Positions 57,695 to 64,000 of a DNA stretch of 64,000 nt are shown here, piece by piece. The notes below the pieces were generated by a model, which worked only from the letters and a program-made list of their open reading frames with translations, was not told the DNA's origin and did no database searches. A program made the translations under genes and the position numbers. Position 1 is the first letter of the stretch, and every line of letters begins with the position of its first letter. The DNA comes from Candidatus Poribacteria bacterium (GTDB lineage: Bacteria > Poribacteria > WGA-4E > WGA-3G). The stretch spans positions 1,536,001 through 1,600,000 of the forward strand of contig OZ251518.1 of assembly GCA_965242965.1 (NCBI GenBank), in the 5' to 3' direction.

Positions 57695-59767
57695 CTATTC
57701 CGGACGATGCAAGTCCCACAAGAGCACCGTGCCATCGTAACTCCCACTAGCGAGCGTGCGCCCATCGGGACTGAAACACACGCTAGAGACACCACGGGTG
57801 TGCCCAGCGAAGGTTCTTTGGAGTTCCCCGGTGGTGACATCCCACAGAGGAATTGTGTCATTCCAACTCCCACTAGCGAGTGTTTGTCCATCAGGGCTAA
57901 AACACAGGCTCCAGACAGAATTACTTTCAGTCTGTCCGATAGGGGTATTTCGGGGTGTGTCGGTGGTGACATCCCACAAAAGAATCGTGCCGAAACCTTC
58001 GCTTGAGCTTAGACTAGCGAGCGTCTGTCCATCGGGACTGAAACACATGCTATCAACACCCTCATTCTGGACGGTAAGCATATTTCGGAGTGTTCCGGTA
58101 GTCACATCCCATAGAAGAATCGCGCTACCGCCGCCCTCTCTAAGTGCAGTTCTGCCACTAGCGAGCGTCTGCCCATCCGGGCTGAAACACACGCTAGAGA
58201 CAGCGGTATGTCCGATAAGGGTAAGGGTATTTCGGAGTTTTCCAGTATCAACATCCCAGAGGCGAATTGTGTTTGTGTCGTCCCAGCTGCCACTAGCGAG
58301 CATCTGTCCATCTGGGCTGAAACACACGCTCTCAACACCCTCGGTGTGCCCAGTGAGGATATTCTGGTTTGTGCCGGTAGCGACATCCCAGAGGCGTATC
58401 GTTTGGTCTCCACTGCCACTTGCGAGTGTCTGTCCATCGGGACTGAAACATACACTCGTAACATGGGCAGTGTGGCCAATGAGAATTCGTTGAAGTTCGC
58501 CGCTGTTGGCATGCCAGAGGCGAATTGTGTTATCTCTATTACCACTAGCGAGTGTCTGTCCATCAGGACTGAAACACACGCTCTCAGCAGAACTTGTGTG
58601 TTCCGCGACGGTTTTTTCAAGTGTTGCGGTTTTGACATTCCAAAATCGAATCGTGTTGTCGTCACTCCGACTCGTTTTGTCTGCACTTCGACTGACGAGC
58701 GTTTGCCCATCAGACCCGAAACACACAATCTGGACAGAATCTGTGTGTCCGGTGAGCGTCTTTTTGAGTTTTCCGGTGTTGACATCCCAGAGCCGAATCG
58801 TTTTGTCTCGACTACTACTGGCGAGCGTGTTGCCATCCGGACTGAAACGCACGCTATAGATATTGTGGGTGTGTCCGGTGAGCGTTTTTTTGAGTTTTCC
58901 GGTGTTGACATCCCATAGTTGAATCGTTTTGTCCCGACTACCACTGGCGAGTGTGTTGCCATCCGGACTGAAACGCGCGTTCCAGAGCCCGAGGAGTGTT
59001 TGGCGGAGTTCGCCGGTATCAACATCCCAGAGCTGAATCGTTCTGTCTTCACTTCCACTAGCGAGTGTGCGCCCATCCAGACTAAAACTCACCCGCCAGA
59101 CAGAATCGGTGTGGCCGGTGAGGGTATTCCGGTGTTTTCCGGTATCAACATCCCATAGTTGAATCGTTCTGTCTTCACTCCCACTAGCGAGTGTGCGCCC
59201 ATCCGGACTGAAACACACGCTATTTATCTGTTCGGTGTGTTCGTTGAGGATTTTTTGGCGTTTTCCAGTGTCAACATTCCAGAGGTGAATTGAGTTTCCC
59301 CAAGCCCCAATTGAGTTGTCCCAAACCCCACTAGCGAGCATCTGTCCATCCGGACTGAAACACATGCTTATTGAGTTGGCGTATCCGTTGCGGATTTTTG
59401 GGTTCAGGATTTTTTGGAGTTTTCCAGTGTCAACGTTCCAGAGGTGAATTGAGCCGTTCATCCCTCCGGCGAGCGTCTGTCCATCCGGGCTGAAACACAG
59501 GACACGGACAGAATCGGGATAGCCGATAGGGAGTAGGGCAAGTTCCTTGGAGGTATTGGCATCATACAGCCACACCCCAATCTCACTCGCAACTGCCACT
59601 AAGCTGCCATCCGGCGAATACGCAATTTCCCCCGTGAGCGTGCCTTTGCCCAGGCGTAGTTTGGCCCCATCGGGTAATCCCCATCGGGTGTAATCCTGTG
59701 CGGGGGCGGTTGTGCTGATTAGCAGTGCGATGAGTAGTAGCGTCACTGTCAAAATGGTGTTTTTCAT
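57695..59767 (-). CDS. Secreted WD40-repeat protein (tandem paralogue)
   Basis: Near-identical first ~75 aa to 55387..57357 and about 14 WD repeats. Confidence 0.95.
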   Translation of the reverse strand: MKNTILTVTLLLIALLISTTAPAQDYTRWGLPDGAKLRLGKGTLTGEIAYSPDGSLVAVASEIGVWLYDANTSKELALLPIGYPDSVRVLCFSPDGQTLAGGMNGSIHLWNVDTGKLQKILNPKIRNGYANSISMCFSPDGQMLASGVWDNSIGAWGNSIHLWNVDTGKRQKILNEHTEQINSVCFSPDGRTLASGSEDRTIQLWDVDTGKHRNTLTGHTDSVWRVSFSLDGRTLASGSEDRTIQLWDVDTGELRQTLLGLWNARFSPDGNTLASGSRDKTIQLWDVNTGKLKKTLTGHTHNIYSVRFSPDGNTLASSSRDKTIRLWDVNTGKLKKTLTGHTDSVQIVCFGSDGQTLVSRSADKTSRSDDNTIRFWNVKTATLEKTVAEHTSSAESVCFSPDGQTLASGNRDNTIRLWHANSGELQRILIGHTAHVTSVCFSPDGQTLASGSGDQTIRLWDVATGTNQNILTGHTEGVESVCFSPDGQMLASGSWDDTNTIRLWDVDTGKLRNTLTLIGHTAVSSVCFSPDGQTLASGRTALREGGGSAILLWDVTTGTLRNMLTVQNEGVDSMCFSPDGQTLASLSSSEGFGTILLWDVTTDTPRNTPIGQTESNSVWSLCFSPDGQTLASGSWNDTIPLWDVTTGELQRTFAGHTRGVSSVCFSPDGRTLASGSYDGTVLLWDLHRPE

Positions 59768-59859
59768 GAGAAACCTCTCCTTTCAGACTTGATTTATTTT
59801 CGCAAACTTGGCATTTCTTGTCAACGTTTTTGTTGTCTGAATTTGGAACTAAGCAGCGA

Positions 59860-60101
59860 TCGCGGGGGACAGGCCCCCGCGCTACGGGCGGAGAACCCTC
59901 CTTTTCACCGTAGGGCGAGGGCCTGTCCCTCGCCGTGCGTTTGGCTGTCAGACTGCAGCACTCCTGTAGGTCAAGATCGCCTGATCTTGACCTGTTCGGG
60001 ATCAGGCGATCCCGAACTACAGAGGTGGGCCCGATGCCTGCCGGTATTCGGCCTCCCTCCAAGGCGAGATAAATACCGAAACGGAGTTATGAAACACCCT
60101 C
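59860..60101. repeat. REP mosaic ending in a right TIR
   Basis: TATGAAACACCCTC ends at 60101, followed by a TTGACA-17-TACACT promoter. Confidence 0.85.
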
Positions 60102-60177
60102 AATTTAATTTTTTTCTTGACAAAAAACCGAAAATAGATTACACTATTTTAAAACATATCACGCAAAGGAGGTTTTG

Positions 60178-62610
60178 ATGGAATACAAAGGGTTGCAACT
60201 GGATGAGTTTCAGGAGGATGCCATCGCCGCGATTAATCGCGATAACTCGGTGATTGTCACCGCGCCAACGGGCGCAGGGAAGACTGTCATCGCTGAATAT
60301 GCTGTCGAAAAGTGTATCCAAGAGAACCATCGGGTTATCTACACCGCGCCGATTAAGGCACTCAGCAATCAGAAATACCGCGATTTTTATGCCGAATATG
60401 GGGAGAAAATCGGCATCGTCACGGGCGATGTGGTACTGAATCCGTACGCGCAAGTGCTGCTGATGACTACCGAGATTTTCCGTAATACGATCTTTGATAA
60501 CATTGAGCGGCTTGACGATGTCGACTACGTTATTTTTGACGAGATCCACTATATTAACGACATCGCGCGCGGCACCGTCTGGGAAGAGAGCCTCATCTTC
60601 GCGCCGCAACATATCAAATTTGTCTGCCTGAGTGCCACTATTCCAAACATCGTGCACTTCGCCGAGTGGATGCAAAGTGTGCGGGAGATTAAGATTGAGG
60701 TTGTCGAAGAATTGAAGCGTCCGGTACCGCTGGAGCATTACCTCTATTTTCCCGATTACGGCATCGGCACGACAAAACATATCACGAGTCTGCAGAGAAA
60801 AGCGGCGCAAGCGGCGCGGAGAGAGCAGGAGGACGAAGAGCGCGCTCTGCCTGCCGGCATGATAGAGACACCGCTGCTCCCTTACCTCCACCGCGAAAAT
60901 CGGCTACCGTGCCTCTATTTCTGTTTTAGCCGCAAGGGGTGTGAAGCAAACGCCGCCCATTATGCCGATGGGAGACACCGGACACTGCTGAAGAGATGGC
61001 AGCGGCGGGAGATTTTAGCGAAATTTGACGCGCTCTGCATCCAGTTTGACATCGTTGAGGAAAAGGACATCGCCGAGTTCCGCCGGTTGGTGAGCCGCGG
61101 CATCGCTTATCATCACGCCGGGATGCTGCCGACGCTCAAAGAGGTAGTCGAACGCCTCTTTACATCGGGTTTAATTCAGCTCCTCTTTACGACAGAGACG
61201 TTCGCTGTCGGCATCAACATGCCGGCGTGCACCGTCGTTTTTGACAGCCTTGAGAAATTTGATGGCATCGGGTTCCGGTATCTCAAGTCCCGCGAGTATC
61301 ATCAGATGGCGGGGCGCGCGGGCAGACGCGGCATTGATACCATCGGCTACGTCTACGCGCAAACTCAGCCGCTCTATGCAGACGCGGACGAAGTCCGCAA
61401 AGTTGTCGGCAACAAGATTGAACCGATAGAGAGTCAGTTTAACCTCTCTTATTCCAGCATCCTCAATCTTTATGAGAAATATGGCGACGACATTTACGAT
61501 GTCTACACGATGAGTTTGAGCAATCATCAAAATTACACCCGCATCGCCCAACTCAACACGCAGATTGAGACGCTTGGCGAAAAATGCAAGGCACTGCCGC
61601 GTCCGACGTGCATCCACGAAGGTGTTGATGGCGTTGAACAGATCGAGACGCATTATCGCCTCAAACGGAATACCGAAAAGGCACTACAGCGGTTTCAGGT
61701 AGACATCACCAAAATCAAGGCGGAGACGCGCGGGAAGAAGCGGCGAAAGCAGCGTATCAAGCGGCTGGCACCGATTCACAAGCAGATTAAGAAGATTCAA
61801 GCCGGGAGCACGAAGAGTCTTTGCGACGGATGCCACCAACTGCGCGAATGCAGGGGACGCTATCAACGCATCCGCAAAGAGGAACAGCGCGTTCAGAAAC
61901 TCAAAAAGCAGACGAATGTGATTGAGAACTACCCGCGCCGCCAGATAGGAGCGCGCCTTAAAGTGTTGAAGGAACTCGGTTACATTGAAGGCGAAACAGT
62001 GCTGCCGCGGGGAAGCACCGCCTCGCGTCTCTACGGATATGAACTCCAACTAACGCAGTTGCTATTCAGCGGCTTTTTTGAACGACTCACCGAAGACGAA
62101 ATTAATTGCCTCATGGTGGCAATCGTCTCCGAACCGCGCAAAGACAGCTACTATCGCCCCCTCAGCAACGCGCGATTGCTCGGCGCGCTTGAAGCAGTCA
62201 CCGGCGAAATCGTACCCATCCAGCGGTTAGAGATGAAGCACAAAGTCTCGGAGATGACACCCATGTTAGAACTTCGCTTCTGCACGGCGATGCAGGAGTG
62301 GAGCCGCGGCTGTGAGTTTGATAAGTTGGAGGACTACGCCGATGTTGACGCTGGCGACTTTGTCCGAACCTTTAGACTTGTCATCGATCAGCTTCGCCAA
62401 ATCCGCCGCGCTATGTCCGGACATGGGGTTCTCGTTGATAAATTGAATCGGTGCATCGGGAAAATTAATCGGGGTGTCGTGGATGCCGAACGGCAGTTGC
62501 GCATCGGGCAAGAAAACGCGCCTGAGACAGAAACGGAAACAGCGGTAGAGACAGCGACAGCTGAAACTGACGATTCTTCGCAGGAACAGGAAGCTGAGGG
62601 TGTTTCATAA
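60178..62610 (+). CDS. Ski2-like/HelY DEAH-box RNA helicase with DSHCT domain
   Basis: APTGAGKT, PIKALSNQK, DEIH, LSATI, HHAGMLP, TETFAVGINMPA, QMAGRAGRRG and GDFVR...IDQLRQI. Confidence 0.93.
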   Translation: MEYKGLQLDEFQEDAIAAINRDNSVIVTAPTGAGKTVIAEYAVEKCIQENHRVIYTAPIKALSNQKYRDFYAEYGEKIGIVTGDVVLNPYAQVLLMTTEIFRNTIFDNIERLDDVDYVIFDEIHYINDIARGTVWEESLIFAPQHIKFVCLSATIPNIVHFAEWMQSVREIKIEVVEELKRPVPLEHYLYFPDYGIGTTKHITSLQRKAAQAARREQEDEERALPAGMIETPLLPYLHRENRLPCLYFCFSRKGCEANAAHYADGRHRTLLKRWQRREILAKFDALCIQFDIVEEKDIAEFRRLVSRGIAYHHAGMLPTLKEVVERLFTSGLIQLLFTTETFAVGINMPACTVVFDSLEKFDGIGFRYLKSREYHQMAGRAGRRGIDTIGYVYAQTQPLYADADEVRKVVGNKIEPIESQFNLSYSSILNLYEKYGDDIYDVYTMSLSNHQNYTRIAQLNTQIETLGEKCKALPRPTCIHEGVDGVEQIETHYRLKRNTEKALQRFQVDITKIKAETRGKKRRKQRIKRLAPIHKQIKKIQAGSTKSLCDGCHQLRECRGRYQRIRKEEQRVQKLKKQTNVIENYPRRQIGARLKVLKELGYIEGETVLPRGSTASRLYGYELQLTQLLFSGFFERLTEDEINCLMVAIVSEPRKDSYYRPLSNARLLGALEAVTGEIVPIQRLEMKHKVSEMTPMLELRFCTAMQEWSRGCEFDKLEDYADVDAGDFVRTFRLVIDQLRQIRRAMSGHGVLVDKLNRCIGKINRGVVDAERQLRIGQENAPETETETAVETATAETDDSSQEQEAEGVS

Positions 62611-62815
62611 ATCGTTCAACGTCGCGGGGACATGCCCCCGCGCTGCGGTGAAAAAGTGCCTCCCTTCACGTAGGGCGAGGGCCCTCGCATGCCACACGCG
62701 CATGCGAGCGGGTTCCCCTCGCCATGCGTTTGGCTGGCAGACTGCATCACACCTGTAGGTCAAGATCGCCTGATCTTGACCCGTTCGGGATCAGGCGATC
62801 CCGAACTACAGAGGT
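62596..62815. repeat. Left TIR (overlapping the helicase stop) plus REP mosaic
   Basis: GAGGGTGTTTCATAA encodes EGVS*. Confidence 0.85.
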
Positions 62816-63088
62816 GGGCCCGATGCCTTCTGGTATTCGCCCCTCCCCAAGGGCCGATGGGGTGGCTGCCCATTTTTCATTTCGGTGGTGCCAACCGAAA
62901 ACTGAATGTCTCTGGCATCCCGCGTTTTTCTCTTGCAATTAAAGGCGAGATTAGGTTAAAATACTGGGTAGTTGAGGGAAACCGTTCCCTCGCCGTGCAT
63001 TTTATATTTTTTAGACTTGCGCGGACGCGCAATCGCTATGCTCCCTCGGCGGGGTGCGGTTGCGTAACGCCTAATAGGAGAAATCACA

Positions 63089-63619
63089 ATGGCAAATCAA
63101 AACTTCGACCTGACCGGCACGCTCCAAGTGCGCGCCGCGGCAGAAAACGATGCAGAACATTTACACACATATTGCTTGGCGGATAAAACCAAAAAGCAGG
63201 TAACGGATGAACTCAAGGCTGACCTCGGGGACGACAGCCAGACTTATCGGCTCGTCGCGGAGGCTAGCGGTTACGCCATCGGGCAAATCAAGGTGGAGAA
63301 GAACCCCGGCAATGCCGAGATTGGGCAAATCGCTGACCTCGCCGTGTCAGGGCCTTTCCGGCAACTCGGTGTGGCAGACCATCTCATCAAAGCCGCCGAG
63401 TCCACCGCGCTGGAAAACGGCATGAAGACGCTTGAAATCGAATTCGCGCCGACAGAGGCCCCCCTTATTGAACGATATAAGGACTGGGGGTTCGCTGAAA
63501 AACCGGTCGTTATCCTCCAGAAGGAGCTCAGTGAGGCACCGGAAGAGGATGCCGCCGCTGATGCTGATGCCGATGAGGCTCCCGCGGATGGCGAGCAACA
63601 GGAACTCCTCAACGAGTAG
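63089..63619 (+). CDS. GNAT-family N-acetyltransferase with acidic tail
   Basis: AGGAGA RBS, LAVSGPFRQLGVADHLI (motif A) and YKDWGF. Confidence 0.85.
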   Translation: MANQNFDLTGTLQVRAAAENDAEHLHTYCLADKTKKQVTDELKADLGDDSQTYRLVAEASGYAIGQIKVEKNPGNAEIGQIADLAVSGPFRQLGVADHLIKAAESTALENGMKTLEIEFAPTEAPLIERYKDWGFAEKPVVILQKELSEAPEEDAAADADADEAPADGEQQELLNE

Positions 63620-63668
63620 CGAACGTGTCAGGGTGGATAGGAGCGATATCCACCCTGACATGTTGACT

Positions 63669-64000
63669 GAGGGTGTTTCATATCTCAATGGCTTCCTTGT
63701 AGGAGAGACCTCCTGGTCTCGATGTTCCCGTAGCGCGGGGGCCTGTCCCCCGCGATCTCCGTCGTCACGATGTGTGTTTCCGCTCTGTAGTTTGTGATCG
63801 CCTGATCACAAACAGGTCAGGATCAGGCGATCCTGACCTACAGTGCCTGGCGAGCGAACGATGGCGAGGGACAGGCCCTCGCCCTACGGGAACGCACGCC
63901 GTTTTTTCGGACGCATCGTTTTAGGTCCTTTAGGACCTACATGTCTATAGAAAAACGTGCAGGCACTTTTCAAGGTCCTTTAGGTCCTTAATAAAAAAAT
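63669..64000. repeat. Left TIR, REP mosaic and partial ATAG-family element (runs off window)
   Basis: GAGGGTGTTTCATATCTC at 63669. Confidence 0.85.

Noticed and set aside
55387-59767. Diversity-generating retroelement (TR/VR) in the WD40 pair
   Set aside because: There is no reverse transcriptase, both copies are full ORFs, and differences are not adenine-specific.
237-63797. Short ORFs and N-terminal extensions containing ARGPVPR, RRARACPSP, MARDRPSPY or GETSRSR
   Set aside because: These are translations of REP modules. Starts of thiS, thiO, TAXI, res, the ferritin-like gene and the 40563 lipoprotein were trimmed accordingly.
2108-64000. Repeat clusters as CRISPR arrays
   Set aside because: Units occur in both orientations with mixed families and irregular, often shared spacers. 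No cas genes or leader are present.
1-64000. rRNA, tRNA, prophage or autonomous transposase genes
   Set aside because: No recognisable signatures were found by eye. A tRNAscan-SE/Infernal run would be needed to exclude small RNAs formally.

Overview
This is a bacterial chromosomal window of about 55% GC (estimated by eye). Secreted WD40 paralogues, PhyH, TPR and TAXI proteins and a C-terminal K-x-TTW-x-x-IK motif point to Candidatus Poribacteria (inference). Left to right it contains: a TPP-riboswitch thiamine operon (thiX, thiY, thiO, thiS, an inserted HEPN-MNT pair, thiG); two TAXI binding proteins; a Type III R-M pair behind a membrane-anchored tandem-repeat coiled-coil gene; orphan ABC components; a ferritin-like gene; a ~19.5 kb Fur-box iron/heme island (HmuTUV, two HmuY-like genes, two TonB-dependent receptors, IsdG-like, DUF4856-like, di-heme oxidoreductase, imelysin, porin); an alpha carbonic anhydrase; a single-chain Type IIG/ISP-like R-M enzyme; TPR, epimerase, PhyH, two WD40 genes, a Ski2/HelY helicase and a GNAT. 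The most striking unexplained structure is non-coding. Most large intergenic gaps hold mosaics of several GTAG-headed (REP-like) hairpin families plus an ATAG-headed family. Many of these mosaics sit inside a MITE-like shell with terminal inverted repeats GAGGGTGTTTCATA...TATGAAACACCCTC, and four copies have perfect 8-bp target-site duplications, yet each copy carries a differently shuffled REP cargo. These repeats also insert in-frame into thiO and supply stop codons for three genes. No transposase, RAYT, cas gene, rRNA or tRNA was seen. All family assignments come from motif recognition, not database searches.
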